DNA of 64,000 nt from Acidobacteriota bacterium (GTDB lineage Bacteria; Acidobacteriota; Vicinamibacteria; Vicinamibacterales; UBA8438), in NCBI GenBank assembly GCA_015659035.1, contig DQNS01000034.1:1372-65371 (forward strand). The letters are read 5' to 3'. This document shows positions 1 to 14,635 of this stretch, piece by piece. Numbering within the stretch: position 1 is the stretch's first letter; every line of letters begins with the position of its first letter. The notes beneath the pieces are model-generated. The model was not told the origin of the DNA, did not search any database, and saw nothing but the letters and a program-made list of their open reading frames with translations. The position numbers and the translations under genes were made by a program.

Positions 1-811
1 TCCCGTACGCGACGGCCTCGCCGTGACGCAGACGTCGGTAGTGCGTCACCGCCTCGAGCGCGTGCCCGGTTGTGTGCCCGAAGTTCAGCACCCGGCGCCG
101 CCCCGTTTCCCGTTCATCCGCCGCCACCACCTCGGCCTTGATCCAGCAAGAGGCGGTGACGATCTCCGTGATCACGTCCGGCTCGCGCGCGAAGATACGC
201 GGGAGATCGATCGCAATCCGTTCGAACAGGGCGCGGCTGGCGATGACCCCGTACTTCACCACCTCGTAGAGACCGGCGCGGAACTCGCGTTTCGGTAGGG
301 TGTCCAGCAGCCGGGGGTCGGCGATGACCGCCGCCGGCGGGTGGAACGCGCCGATCAGGTTCTTACCGAGCGCGTGGTTGACACCCACTTTGCCGCCGAT
401 GGAGCTGTCGACCTGTGCGAGCAAAGTGGTCGGAACGTGCACCAGGTCCACGCCGCGCAGATACGTGGCGGCCGCGAACCCAACGGTGTCGCCGATGACC
501 CCGCCGCCCACCGCGATAATCGTCGACTGTCGGTCGGCGCCGACCCGGATCAGCGATTCGTAGATGCGGGCGACCGTCTGCAGGGTCTTTGACCGTTCCC
601 CGTCGGGCACCAACAGGTGCTCGACTCCGGGCAACGCCGCCATCAGCGTCTCGCCGTGCCGTTTCCAGACGGTTGGACTAGATAGGAGCAGTCGCCGCGT
701 GCCGACACCGGCGGCCGCCAGCCACCGGGCAATGTGGTCCACGACCCCATGCGCCACGAAGACCGGGTAGGTGTGCGTGGCGCTGCGGATATTGATCCGT
801 GTCGGCTGCAT
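1..811 (-). CDS. aroB: 3-dehydroquinate synthase (3' part runs off the window)
   Basis: Manual minus-strand translation from ATG 811 gives MQPTRINI...GERSKT...GGGVIGD.VGFAAATYLRG...PTTLLAQVDSSIGGKVGVN...KNLIGAF...LNFGHT.GHALEA...HGEAV, the canonical AroB motifs. Absent from the ORF track because the stop is outside the window. Confidence 0.95.
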   Translation of the reverse strand, partial: MQPTRINIRSATHTYPVFVAHGVVDHIARWLAAAGVGTRRLLLSSPTVWKRHGETLMAALPGVEHLLVPDGERSKTLQTVARIYESLIRVGADRQSTIIAVGGGVIGDTVGFAAATYLRGVDLVHVPTTLLAQVDSSIGGKVGVNHALGKNLIGAFHPPAAVIADPRLLDTLPKREFRAGLYEVVKYGVIASRALFERIAIDLPRIFAREPDVITEIVTASCWIKAEVVAADERETGRRRVLNFGHTTGHALEAVTHYRRLRHGEAVAYG

Positions 812-947
812 GGGTGTCCGTTCGATGGGACCAGGATGCCGCACGGTAGGATAACAGCACTTTTTCGAGCGGAGGCCGGACAAGGCGGCGCCGAGGTGGC
901 CGGCCGGTGCCTGCACAGGCCTGGGCGCGCGACGCCAGCCCTTCTTC

Positions 948-977
948 TTGACAGAAGATCCACCCTCGGCCTACGCT
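948..977 (+). promoter_or_regulatory. sigma70-type promoter of proS (likely leaderless)
   Basis: TTGACA (948-953)-N18-TACGCT (972-977)-N6-GTG (984). Confidence 0.55.
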
Positions 978-983
978 CCGCCG

Positions 984-2705
984 GTGCCGACCCACTTCAA
1001 AGAACTGTTCATCCCGACGCTTCGCGAGGACCCGGCTGAGGCGGACACCCGCTCTCACAAGCTGCTCCTGAGGGGCGGCTACATCCGCCAGCTGGCCGCG
1101 GGCATCTACTCTCTGCTTCCCCTGGGCCAGCGATCGTTCCTCAAGATCATCGCCATCGTGCGGGAGGAGATGAACGCCATCGGCGGCCAGGAGTTCCTCC
1201 TGCCGGCCCTGCATCCTGCCGACCTGTGGCGGGAAACCGGTCGCTTCGACGACATGGGTGAGATCCTCTTCCGCCTCAAGGACCGCAGCCAGCGCGATCT
1301 GGTGCTGGGACCGACCCATGAGGAGGTCTTCACGGCCATCGCCCGCGACGAACTGCGTTCCTACAAGCAGCTGCCCCAGATCTGGTACCAGATTCAGAAC
1401 AAGTTCCGGGACGAGGCCCGGGCCAAGTCGGGCCTTCTGCGAGTGCGGCAGTTCACCATGAAGGACTCGTACTCCTTCGATCTGGACAGTGACGGTCTGG
1501 ATGCCGCCTACGACAAGCACGACCGCGCCTACCGTACGATCTTCACCCGCTGCGGCCTCGAGTTCGTGGCGGTCGAGGCCCACTCGGGGGCCATGGGCGG
1601 TTCGTCGAGCCAGGAGTTCATGGTCCGCAGCGACGCCGGCGAAGATGACATCGCCGCCTGTTCCGCCTGCGGCTACTCGGCCAACCTGGCGAAGGCGACC
1701 TCGCGGCTGCAGCCGGTGGAGGACAGTGACCCCGAAGGGCGCCAGCCGGCGAAGGTCCACACGCCAGGCCAGAAGACCATTGCCGAGATCGAGGCCTTTC
1801 TGGGCTGGCCCGCCAGCCGTCAGATCAAGTCGCTCGTGTACATGGCCGGTGAGACACCGGTGATGGTCCTGGTGCGCGGGGACCATGAGCTGAACGAGAC
1901 GAAACTGGCCGTGGCCGCCGGCGTGGCCGAGGTGCGGCCGGCGACGGACGAGGAGATCCAGGATCTGATGGGGGCCGCCGCTGGCAGCCTGGGCCCAGTG
2001 AACCTACCTCAAAATCTGACCGTCCTCACCGACGACGCCCTGCGGGACCGGCGCAACATGGCCTGCGGCGCCAACCAAGACGACTATCATCTGATCGGCG
2101 TCACACCAGGCGAGCACTTCACACCTCACTGGGAGGAACTGCGCACCGTGGCTTCTGGTGAAGGGTGCCCCACGTGCGACGGCACGCTGGAAGTGTTCCG
2201 CGCCATCGAGGTTGGTCACATCTTCAAGCTAGGAACAAAATACTCCGAAGCCCTGGGGGCCAACGTCCTGGATTCCGCCGGCAAGGCGGTCCCCGTCGTG
2301 ATGGGATCGTACGGGATCGGCGTGGAGCGCATCCTCGCCTCCGCGGTGGAGCTCTACGGCGACGATGCCGGTATCGTCCTGCCTCCGTCCATTGCGCCCT
2401 TCGACGTCATCCTGGTGCTGGTCAAGGCCAGCGACCGGGATCAGCAGCAGGCGGCGGAGCGTTTCACCGGTGAGCTCGAGGCGACCGGCCTTGAGGTCCT
2501 GGTGGACGACCGCAACGAGCGGCCCGGCGTCAAGTTCAAAGACGCTGAGTTGATCGGCATTCCGGTGCGCATCACCCTTGGAAGAGGTCTGGCCACCGGC
2601 GTGGTGGAACTGACAGACCGCCGAACGGGCCAGACCGTCGAGACGTCCGTGGATGAGATCACGGCCGCCGTACGGGCCATCCTGGCCCGAGCCGGCGGAA
2701 CATGA
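984..2705 (+). CDS. proS: proline--tRNA ligase (bacterial type with editing insertion)
   Basis: [39 protein letters not shown]...[37 protein letters not shown]. The ORF-track TTG at 948 is probably the -35 box, so GTG 984 is preferred. Confidence 0.95.
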   Translation: MPTHFKELFIPTLREDPAEADTRSHKLLLRGGYIRQLAAGIYSLLPLGQRSFLKIIAIVREEMNAIGGQEFLLPALHPADLWRETGRFDDMGEILFRLKDRSQRDLVLGPTHEEVFTAIARDELRSYKQLPQIWYQIQNKFRDEARAKSGLLRVRQFTMKDSYSFDLDSDGLDAAYDKHDRAYRTIFTRCGLEFVAVEAHSGAMGGSSSQEFMVRSDAGEDDIAACSACGYSANLAKATSRLQPVEDSDPEGRQPAKVHTPGQKTIAEIEAFLGWPASRQIKSLVYMAGETPVMVLVRGDHELNETKLAVAAGVAEVRPATDEEIQDLMGAAAGSLGPVNLPQNLTVLTDDALRDRRNMACGANQDDYHLIGVTPGEHFTPHWEELRTVASGEGCPTCDGTLEVFRAIEVGHIFKLGTKYSEALGANVLDSAGKAVPVVMGSYGIGVERILASAVELYGDDAGIVLPPSIAPFDVILVLVKASDRDQQQAAERFTGELEATGLEVLVDDRNERPGVKFKDAELIGIPVRITLGRGLATGVVELTDRRTGQTVETSVDEITAAVRAILARAGGT

Positions 2706-2815
2706 GCCCGGCCGACGGATCTGACTGGCCGGACGTGCGCGCTGGCCATCGACAGACGTCGTGCTGTGGGCAGTGGCGACCGGCCGGATGACCCCTCGCC
2801 GTCACGCCGCGAGCT

Positions 2816-4261
<1,446 letters not shown>

Positions 4262-4427
4262 CGTGGGTGTACCCCTCCGGAAACGCACACGCAGATAATG
4301 CACGTGCGTCCGCGGCATGATACGGCCGCGGGTGACTGAAGTCAACGGAGACGGGGGTCAGAAGTGCTTGATTTTGAACGGGATGGCTCATTCGCTCACA
4401 ACGCGAACCCACGAGCCTGGAGCTTCG

Positions 4428-5261
4428 CTAGCCATCGTCGTCCTTTCGCCGCGGGGCGACCGCCCAGGCGATGCCGATGCTCAGGGCGTAGAGCACCATC
4501 ATGGGCGCCGCCATCAGCGTCAACGTGACCGGATCGCCCGTCGGGGTTAGCACCGCCGCGACGATGAAGATGATCAAGATGGCGTATTTCGTATTGCGCA
4601 GCAGGAAGCCGGCGCTCACCACCCCGATACGCGCCAGGAAGAACACCAGCGTGGGCATCTGGAACACGACGCCGCAGGCGAGCGCCAGCCGAACGTAGAG
4701 CGAGAACGTCGGCTGGATTCTCGGCATGAACGTCATGTACTCGTTCGAGAAGCCGGCGAGGAACCGCCAGGCGGTTGGAAACAGCAAGTAGTGGGCGAAC
4801 AGGCACCCCCCCAAGAAGAACAGGCTGGAGAGCGTCACGAAGGGGATGGTGGACTTCTTCTCGTGCGCATACAGACCGGGTGCGACGAATCGCCAGAACT
4901 GCAGCAGCACCATCGGCATCGCGAAGATCAGCCCGACCAGCGCCGCGATCTTGATGTAGAGAAAGAATGCCTCGGTCGGTTCGGTGTAGATGAACTCGCC
5001 ACCCTCGGGAAGTAGCTCGTCGAGCGGCCGCATCACGAACGCGAAGATCGGGACGATGAACGCGAACGCGATCAAGAACCCGATGAAGATCGCCGCGACC
5101 GAGATGACGAGCCGCTTCCGCAACTCGTCCAGATGGTCCAGGAAGGACATCCGGCCGCCGGCACCGTCGCCGTCGCCGTCGAGCTCGTCCTCGTCCGGCC
5201 GCGTGTCGATCGCGTCCTCGTGGTCAGGATCGACCGCACCGGGCACGGGGAGGGCGGACAT
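4428..5261 (-). CDS. tatC: twin-arginine translocase subunit TatC
   Basis: MSFLDHLDELRKRL, FVAPGLY..EKK, FQMP, AAVLTPTGDP motifs; multiple TM helices. Confidence 0.95.
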   Translation of the reverse strand: MSALPVPGAVDPDHEDAIDTRPDEDELDGDGDGAGGRMSFLDHLDELRKRLVISVAAIFIGFLIAFAFIVPIFAFVMRPLDELLPEGGEFIYTEPTEAFFLYIKIAALVGLIFAMPMVLLQFWRFVAPGLYAHEKKSTIPFVTLSSLFFLGGCLFAHYLLFPTAWRFLAGFSNEYMTFMPRIQPTFSLYVRLALACGVVFQMPTLVFFLARIGVVSAGFLLRNTKYAILIIFIVAAVLTPTGDPVTLTLMAAPMMVLYALSIGIAWAVAPRRKDDDG

Positions 5262-5269
5262 GGACCGCG

Positions 5270-5671
5270 TCAGACGCTGGCGCGACGTGGAGGATCACGA
5301 GGATCGGTTGGATGAGCGAGAGGGGGCTTGGCCTCGTCGTGCTGCTGGTCTTCGGCCGGTGGGGCCGCAGCACGGGTCGACGCGGGCGGCTCGGGGTGGG
5401 TCTGCTCTTCGACGCGGATCTCGTCCTCGTGCTGCGGGTCTTCGGCGGGTGGGGCCGGTGCACGGGCTGGAGCGGGCGGTTCGCGAGGGGTCTGCTCCTC
5501 GACGTGGATCTCTTCCTCGAGGGTGTTGCGGAGATCGTTCGATGCGCGCTTGAACTCACCGAGGCTCTTGCCGAGTGAGCGGCCAAGCTCAGGCAGTTTC
5601 CGCGGTCCGAATATGATCAGCGCGATCACGAAGATGATGAGCAACTCCGGCATCCCGATCGAACCAAGCAT
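5270..5671 (-). CDS. tatA: Tat translocase TatA/TatB subunit
   Basis: [39 protein letters not shown]; AGGAG SD before ATG 5671. Confidence 0.85.
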   Translation of the reverse strand: MLGSIGMPELLIIFVIALIIFGPRKLPELGRSLGKSLGEFKRASNDLRNTLEEEIHVEEQTPREPPAPARAPAPPAEDPQHEDEIRVEEQTHPEPPASTRAAAPPAEDQQHDEAKPPLAHPTDPRDPPRRASV

Positions 5672-6060
5672 GATTGCGGCTCCTCTTGTGCCTGTCGTGT
5701 CTCCGCTCGCCAACCGCAACATGGCGACTGCAAGACCCTGCTGGGAGCAGGGTCGAGTATGCCGTCACGGCGTCGAGATAGCGCTGAACGCTGCGCATAT
5801 CTCACTCATCGCATTATAGGAGTGACGGGTGAGTGGGTCAAGCAACCAACCCTCGGTGAAGTCACTGAAGTCATTGTGTATAAGTATGTTACGTCGTTCC
5901 GCCGCGTTGCATCCGGTGGGTCGGGATAGGCCGCGTGGAGTGTCGGCCGAGCGAGGCTCATCGCGGCGGGCGGCAGGACGGGCAGGATCGTGGTACCGAC
6001 GAGTGATCCGGCTGCAGATCTTCAGCCAGCCGACCCGCTGTTTCTGCTAGCATCATAGGT

Positions 6061-7698
6061 ATGAACGGTATGCGCAACTCGAGAATTCTGACGACGGCGG
6101 TGGCGGTCGTGATTGGGTCAGCCCTGTTGGGCGGGCTGTTCGGCGGGCGGGTGCTGGCCGGTCAGGACGGCCTCAGCCAGCACTACGAGGCGTTCACCAC
6201 GGCGCTGGCGGCCATTGAGACCACCTACGTGGGCGAGGTCGATTCGGAGCGGCTCGTGTATCAGGCGATCGGCGGCATGCTGCAGACGCTCGACCCACAC
6301 TCCAGCTTCATGGATCCGCGGTCATATGCCCAGCTGCGAGAACGCCAGGAAGGCCGATATTACGGTCTGGGCATCACGATCAGGGTCATCGATCGTGCCA
6401 TCACGGTGATGAATCTGTTCGAGGGGTCACCGGCGTATCGCACGGGCATTCGACGCGGCGACGTCATCGCCCGCATCGCCGGAGAGAACGCCATCGGCAT
6501 CACCAGCGACGAGGCGGTCAAGCAGCTGCGCGGACCGAAGGGCAGTACGGTCGTCGTGTCGATCCGGCGACGGGGGTATGACAGGCTCATCGAGCTGGAA
6601 GTAGAGCGGGATGAGATCTCCATTCCGACGGTCCAGGGCACCTTCATGATCGACGACACGATCGGCTACGTGCGCCTGAGAGACTTCTCGGAAACGAGCT
6701 CGCGCGAGCTGCGAGCGGCGTTGCGCGAGCTGGACGAGCTCGGAATGGAGGAGCTGCTGCTCGACATCCGCGACAATCCAGGTGGCCCGCTCGACCAGGC
6801 CATTCGCGTGTCGAACGAGTTCCTGCCCAGGGGCGATCTGATTGTCTACACCCGTGGCCGGATACAGAATTCGGACCAGGACTATCACGCGCGTGAGGAC
6901 GGCGACCATAACGACATTCCGCTCGTGGTGCTGGTGAACCGCAACAGCGCGAGTGCGTCCGAGATCGTGTCTGGAGCAATTCAGGATCACGATCGTGGCC
7001 TGATCGTCGGCGAGACGACGTTCGGCAAGGCGCTGGTCCAGTCGGTCTACCGGGTCAGCCAGGAGGCCGGTCTCGCGTTGACGACCGCCCGGTACTACAC
7101 GCCGAGTGGCCGGATGATCCAGCGTCCGTGGGACGGGACGTTCGACGAGTATCTGACCTACGCCATGCGCGACCAGAAGCCGGCCGACCACGCCATGAGC
7201 GAACGGCGGCTCACCGACGCTGGTCGCGAGGTGTTCGAGGGCGGCGGGATCGAGCCGGACCATTTTATCTCTGGTCCGATCGAAGGGTTCGACCCCACGG
7301 CGTTTGGTCGTCTGCTCGCCGCGCGGCAGGAGTTCGCCACGTTCGCAGAGCGGTTCTCGGCCGAGGGTGACACGCGGATCAAGGACGAGGGGAGCGGACG
7401 TCAGCGGGTCTCCCCGGGGTTTGTGATCGACGACGCGATGATGGCCGACTTTCGGTCCCAGCTCGAGTCCCGGAGGCTGACGCTCGATGAGGAAGTCGAG
7501 GAGGCGTTCGTGTCCGACGCGGCGTTCATCCGGGCGATGATGCACTACGAGATCGACCTTGCCCTGTTCAGCCTCGACGAGGCGCGGCGCAACCTGACCG
7601 CGCACGATCCGCAGGTGCAGTACGCCCTCACGTTGTTCCCCGAGGCGGCGCGTCTGCTCAACGTGTCTCGGCAGGCCGGCGTCGTGGCGGCGCGCTGA
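6061..7698 (+). CDS. S41 family C-terminal processing peptidase (CtpA/Prc-like)
   Basis: LDPHS, PDZ (GLGI..GSPA...GD.I), LDIRDNPGG, SASASEIVSGAIQDHDRG..VGETTFGK.LVQ, TTARYYTPSGR. Confidence 0.93.
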   Translation: MNGMRNSRILTTAVAVVIGSALLGGLFGGRVLAGQDGLSQHYEAFTTALAAIETTYVGEVDSERLVYQAIGGMLQTLDPHSSFMDPRSYAQLRERQEGRYYGLGITIRVIDRAITVMNLFEGSPAYRTGIRRGDVIARIAGENAIGITSDEAVKQLRGPKGSTVVVSIRRRGYDRLIELEVERDEISIPTVQGTFMIDDTIGYVRLRDFSETSSRELRAALRELDELGMEELLLDIRDNPGGPLDQAIRVSNEFLPRGDLIVYTRGRIQNSDQDYHAREDGDHNDIPLVVLVNRNSASASEIVSGAIQDHDRGLIVGETTFGKALVQSVYRVSQEAGLALTTARYYTPSGRMIQRPWDGTFDEYLTYAMRDQKPADHAMSERRLTDAGREVFEGGGIEPDHFISGPIEGFDPTAFGRLLAARQEFATFAERFSAEGDTRIKDEGSGRQRVSPGFVIDDAMMADFRSQLESRRLTLDEEVEEAFVSDAAFIRAMMHYEIDLALFSLDEARRNLTAHDPQVQYALTLFPEAARLLNVSRQAGVVAAR

Positions 7699-7858
7699 GG
7701 ACCCAGTCAAGGATAACTTCACATTTGTGGCCGCCGTCCATCCCGTCTGGCGGCGTTCCTCGCCGGTCGAATACTGCCGGTATGTTCCCTCCTCGCGCCT
7801 TGCCACCCGGGCGCCTCGACGCCCACAAATGCGAACTGATTCTTGACCGGACCCTAAG
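7695..7858 (+). repeat. family-A dispersed repeat (MITE/REP-like), copy 1
   Basis: Core GTCGAATACTGCCGGTATGTTCCCTCCTCGCGCCTTG; arms TTCACATTTGTGG/CCACAAATGCGAA; bounded by CTGAG (S41 gene stop) and CTAAG. Confidence 0.8.
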
Positions 7859-8052
7859 GTTCTTGCTCACGGGCTCGGCCCCTGGTACACTGCGGCCAGT
7901 CGGAGGGGCGCGTCGTCGTTAGCCCGCAATCGCACAGGTCTTCCGGAGCGTTTCCAGCCGCTCGAGAGGCGGGGTGGCCCCACCCCTGGTTCGGGCGGCT
8001 GTTGTTGTGTACGACCGACAACATGGCCGCGATCGAGTGAGAAACTACACCC

Positions 8053-11000
8053 ATGCGTCTGCACCATCTCGAGATCTCCGGGTTCAAGAGTTTCCCGGAC
8101 CACGCCAAGCTCTTCTTCGATGACGGCGTGACCGCCATCGTCGGTCCGAACGGCTGTGGCAAGAGCAACGTCATCGACGCCATCACCTGGGTCCTCGGCG
8201 AGCAGAGCGCGAAGAGCCTGCGTGGCGACCGGATGGAGGACGTCATCTTCAGCGGGAGTGACGCGCGCAAGCCGGTCGGCACCGCGGAGGTCAAGCTGCA
8301 GCTGGCCGCGGTCACGGCCGCCACCGGCGCTGTTGGCGCCCCCGAGCCGGCGACGAGCGGCGAACGCGAGGGGTCGACACACATTGGGCGGGAGGCCGAT
8401 GGCGACCTGGCCGTGCCGGACGTCCAGGGCGACGACGCGGACATCGACGAGCTGCTGCCACTCATTGCGCGGGACGTGGAGGTCGGGCGCCGGTTGTACC
8501 GGTCAGGCGAAAGCGAGTACCTGCTCGACGGCCGGGTCTGCCGTCTTCGCGATATCCAGGACCTGCTCATGGACTCCGGGGTTGGGGTCAAGGCCTATGC
8601 GGTGATCGAGCAGGGCAAGATCGGCCAGATTCTCGGCGCGCGGCCGACCGAGCGCCGCCAGCTGCTTGAGGAAGCGGCTGGAGTGACCAAGTACAAGAGC
8701 CGCCGCCGGGCGGCCGAGCTGAAGCTGGAGGCGGCGCGGCAGAACCTGACGCGAGTGGACGACATCATCCACGAGGTCGAGAGACAGCGACGCGCCTTGA
8801 AGCGGCAGGCGGCGAAGGCGCGCCGGTATCGCCGGTTGCGCGACGAGCTCCGACGCTGGGAGACCATCGGGTTCGCCCAGCGGTACCGGGTGTTGGGTGA
8901 GGTGATCGAGTCGGCCCGTCGCCGGCTCGATGCGGCGCGTGCCCGGGAGCAGGCGGCGGCGGCACAGCTGGCCCTGGTCGAAAACGAACGGGAGCGGTGT
9001 CAGATCGAGCTCGCCGAGGCCGAGAGCGGCGCCACACGTACCCGGGACGCGGCGCACGCGCGCGAGCTGGCGGTCGAACGCCGGCAGCAGCAGATCACGT
9101 TCGACACGCAGCAGGCCGAGACGCTGGGCGACACGGTGGCCGAGCTGAAGCACGAGCTCGAGGACCTGCAGGCCAGACGGGATCCAGCCCAGCGCGAGCT
9201 CGATGCCCATGTGGTCGATGCCAGACGATGCGGCGCGGAGCGTGACGAGGTCGGCGGCACCCTGCGGGCCAAGGAAGCGGCGCTCGCTGAAGCCCAGCAC
9301 GCGATCGACGGGCTCGAGGGCGACGTCGAGGCGGCGCGTAGCGAGGTGTTCGCGGCGATCAACGCGGCGACCGCGCTGCGTCATGCGGTCGAGCACGCCA
9401 CCGCCGGTCAGACCCGCCTCGCCGACACGCTGGCCAAGCTCGACGCCGAGGCAGGGGACGTGACGGTCGAGATCCAGACGGTGGCCGCGGCGCGCGAGCG
9501 GGCGATCGCCGCCGAGCGCGCCACGCGTGAGGCGCTCGAGCGGGTGCAGGTCGCCTGCGCGGATCGGGACGCCGAGCTCGGGTCGCTGCGTGTCGAGCGG
9601 GAGGCGCACGCCCGCGACCTGCGTGAACGGGAACACGAGCTGGCCGGATACGCCGGGCGGCTCACGTCGCTGCGTGACCTGGAGGCGACCCGTGCGGGCT
9701 ACTCCGACGCAGCGCGGCTGTTGTTGTCGGAGTCCGGATCAACGGTCCGCCATCTAGGGTCGGTCGCCGACCACCTCGAGGTGGAGCCGGGTCGCGAACG
9801 CGCGGTTGAGGCGTGTCTTGGTGACCTGTTGCAGTACGTGGTCGTGGGGTCACGAGCCGACGCTGAGGCCGGGCTGGCGCTGGTGCGCCGCCACGGCGCA
9901 GGGCGGGCCGGGTTCCTCATCGTCGAGACCAGCGAGGGGAGCCGGCAGCCGGCGGCCCCGCCGAACGCCGGGCTCGTGTCGGTCGCCGACGTCGTCCGGG
10001 TTGAGGGCGATGGCGCGGCAGCGATCCGGGCCGCGCTCGAGAACCGCTGGCTGGCGGGCTCGTTCGACGAGGCCGCGCGGGCGGGGCGCCGGACCACCGC
10101 GCCGATTGCGACGCCGGACGGCGACGTGTTCCACGGCGCGGCCTTGGTGGACGGCGGCGCCAAGGGGGAGGCCCTCGGAATCCTGGCGATCAAACGCGAG
10201 ATCAAGGCGCTCGATGAAAAGATCGAGGCCGAGCACGAGGCTGTGCGCCGTCTCGCGGCAGAGCACGTCGAGATGGTTGCCGCCAGCGGCCGCGCCGAGA
10301 CCGCCCTCACCCAGGTCCAGCAGGAGCGGCACCAGCAGGAAAAGGTGATGCTCGGTCACGAGCTGCAGCTGGCGTCGCTCGGGGAGGAGGCGGAGCGGCT
10401 TGCCAGGAAACTGGACGTTATCGAGACGGAGCGGCGAACCGCGGGTGAGGAGCGTGATGGGCTCGAGGCCCGTCGCACCGAGGCGCAAGCGTCGATCGAG
10501 CGGCTGGAGGCCGAGCAGCGTGTCGCCGACGAGCGGTTCATGTCTTCACAGCGCTGCGTGCTCGATGCGCGTGAGTCGATTGATGGGTTGGGCAACGAGC
10601 TGGCGGAGACGAAAGCGGCGCACGCCGCGCTGGTCGAGCGAGCGTCTGCGCTGGAGGCGAGCGCGTTGCGGCTCGAGCTCGCCGGCCAGGAGCTCGCCAG
10701 CCGGCTTGAACGTCGCACGACCGATCACACGCGGACCCGGACGGCGCGGGCGGCGCTCATCGCCTCGGTGGCAGCGTCGACACAGCAGCTCGACGCGGAC
10801 GTGACGGGGTTGGCCACCTTGCGACAAGATGTCCGAGAGACCGACGAGCAGATGCTCCGGTTGCGTGCACAGCTCGAGACGCAGGATGGTGAGGTGCGCG
10901 TTACGCGGGCCGGGCTGGAGGAGATTCGTGCGGAGGTGTCGGAGCTGGATATCGCGCGGGTGACCGCCGAGCGCGACCTCGCGCATCTGGAAGAGACCTG

Positions 11001-11913
11001 TCGCGACACGCTGCAGCTGACCCTCGACGACGTCGTGGCGGCGGTGGCGGCGCTCGAGCGCGAGGGCGCCATCATGCCCGACGCCGAGCTGATGGCCGCG
11101 GAGCCCGTGGAGGGGCCCAGCGACCAGGACGCCGCCGTTGCTGACCAGGCCGTCCGCGAGCTAGACGCGGCTACGGATACGGGTGCCTGGGCCCGCGAGA
11201 CCGCGCCCTCCGGCATGCCGGCGGCGACGACCGGGCCCGTCACCGCGGAAGACATGGTCGTAGCGCTCAAGGGGAAGATCGAGCGGCTCGGGCCGGTGAA
11301 CATGATGGCGATCGAGGAGTTCGACGACCTCGATGAGCGCTACGAGTTCCTCACGACCCAGCGTGATGACCTCGTGGAGTCGATTCGCGCGACGGGTGAT
11401 GCGATCGCGCGGATTAATCGCACGACCGGGGAGCGGTTCCGCGCGGCGTTCACCGCGATCAATACGCATTTCCAGGAGACCTTCTCCACGTTGTTCGGCG
11501 GCGGACGTGCCGGGTTGGTGCTGCTCGACGAGAGCGATCTGCTCGACAGCGGCATCGACATCATCGCCCAGCCGCCGGGCAAGCGCCTGCAGAGCATCCA
11601 ACTGCTGTCGGGCGGCGAGAAGGCGCTGTCGGCGATGGCGCTGATGTTCGCGATCTTCAAGTACAGGCCCAGTCCGTTCTGTCTGCTCGACGAGATCGAT
11701 GCACCACTCGACGAGGCGAACATCGGTCGGTTTGTCGAGATGCTGCGCGGGATGCAGTCCGACACGCAGTTCATCCTGGTCACCCACAACCGCAAGACGA
11801 TGGAGATCGCCGACCGGCTGTATGGGGTGACCATGGAGGAGCCGGGTGTGTCGAAGTTGATCTCAGTCCAGCTGGGTCAGGGCGAGTCATCGCATCGCGC
11901 GACCCGCGTGTGA
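8053..11913 (+). CDS. smc: chromosome segregation protein SMC
   Basis: GFKSF, GPNGCGKSNV.DAI, LLEEAAG, hinge GRAGF, LSGGEKAL, LLDEIDAPLDEAN, VTHNRKTM. Confidence 0.97.
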   Translation: MRLHHLEISGFKSFPDHAKLFFDDGVTAIVGPNGCGKSNVIDAITWVLGEQSAKSLRGDRMEDVIFSGSDARKPVGTAEVKLQLAAVTAATGAVGAPEPATSGEREGSTHIGREADGDLAVPDVQGDDADIDELLPLIARDVEVGRRLYRSGESEYLLDGRVCRLRDIQDLLMDSGVGVKAYAVIEQGKIGQILGARPTERRQLLEEAAGVTKYKSRRRAAELKLEAARQNLTRVDDIIHEVERQRRALKRQAAKARRYRRLRDELRRWETIGFAQRYRVLGEVIESARRRLDAARAREQAAAAQLALVENERERCQIELAEAESGATRTRDAAHARELAVERRQQQITFDTQQAETLGDTVAELKHELEDLQARRDPAQRELDAHVVDARRCGAERDEVGGTLRAKEAALAEAQHAIDGLEGDVEAARSEVFAAINAATALRHAVEHATAGQTRLADTLAKLDAEAGDVTVEIQTVAAARERAIAAERATREALERVQVACADRDAELGSLRVEREAHARDLREREHELAGYAGRLTSLRDLEATRAGYSDAARLLLSESGSTVRHLGSVADHLEVEPGRERAVEACLGDLLQYVVVGSRADAEAGLALVRRHGAGRAGFLIVETSEGSRQPAAPPNAGLVSVADVVRVEGDGAAAIRAALENRWLAGSFDEAARAGRRTTAPIATPDGDVFHGAALVDGGAKGEALGILAIKREIKALDEKIEAEHEAVRRLAAEHVEMVAASGRAETALTQVQQERHQQEKVMLGHELQLASLGEEAERLARKLDVIETERRTAGEERDGLEARRTEAQASIERLEAEQRVADERFMSSQRCVLDARESIDGLGNELAETKAAHAALVERASALEASALRLELAGQELASRLERRTTDHTRTRTARAALIASVAASTQQLDADVTGLATLRQDVRETDEQMLRLRAQLETQDGEVRVTRAGLEEIRAEVSELDIARVTAERDLAHLEETCRDTLQLTLDDVVAAVAALEREGAIMPDAELMAAEPVEGPSDQDAAVADQAVRELDAATDTGAWARETAPSGMPAATTGPVTAEDMVVALKGKIERLGPVNMMAIEEFDDLDERYEFLTTQRDDLVESIRATGDAIARINRTTGERFRAAFTAINTHFQETFSTLFGGGRAGLVLLDESDLLDSGIDIIAQPPGKRLQSIQLLSGGEKALSAMALMFAIFKYRPSPFCLLDEIDAPLDEANIGRFVEMLRGMQSDTQFILVTHNRKTMEIADRLYGVTMEEPGVSKLISVQLGQGESSHRATRV

Positions 11914-12052
11914 ACGAAGGACACGGCCACAATCATTCCGCTGTCGTATTCCGTTCGGCCCCTGACCCGCGTTCGGGTGATCGAGCGGCTGTGTCACACG
12001 CGCCCGCCACTTCATCGCCGGCTGGCGGCCGCGCGTCTCGTCTCGAGGCCGG

Positions 12053-14167
<2,115 letters not shown>

Positions 14168-14244
14168 GATTTCACTCCAGAACGATCCTCACGGCGCGGA
14201 GACGAGAGAGTAGGAGGACGGGAGCGTGGCTGGGTGCGGTCCGT

Positions 14245-14514
14245 CTACTTGCGGAGACCCAACCGGCCAATCAGATCGGTGTAACGCCCCGAGTCCTTGG
14301 TCTTGAGATAGTCAAGGAGCCGTCGTCGTTGCCCGACGAGCTTCAGCAACCCGCGGCGCGAGTGGTGATCTTTCGCGTGGATCTTAAAGTGCTCCGTCAG
14401 ATAGCTGATCCGCTCGCTCAGCAACGCCACCTGCACTTCGGGCGAGCCAGTGTCCGACTTGTGCACCTGATACGAGCCGATGAGCTCGGCCTTTTGGTCC
14501 CTATGCAACACCAC
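14245..14514 (-). CDS. rpsO: 30S ribosomal protein S15
   Basis: [35 protein letters not shown]; GGAGGTGA SD. Confidence 0.97.
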   Translation of the reverse strand: MVLHRDQKAELIGSYQVHKSDTGSPEVQVALLSERISYLTEHFKIHAKDHHSRRGLLKLVGQRRRLLDYLKTKDSGRYTDLIGRLGLRK

Positions 14515-14635
14515 TGCTGATCACCTCCACGAACGGCCCAGACACGACCGATGCGAGATGGTCGAGCAGCCTGTGCTCCAAACCGCCGTAGTATCGAACG
14601 ACGTCATCCCTCTCATATTGGTTATCCTATCGATC

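Noticed and set aside
7955-11991. CAGCCGCTCGA / TCGAGCGGCTG inverted pair flanking smc as transposon ends
   Set aside because: Only 11 bp of GC-rich sequence, no target duplication or transposase, and the left copy already pairs locally.
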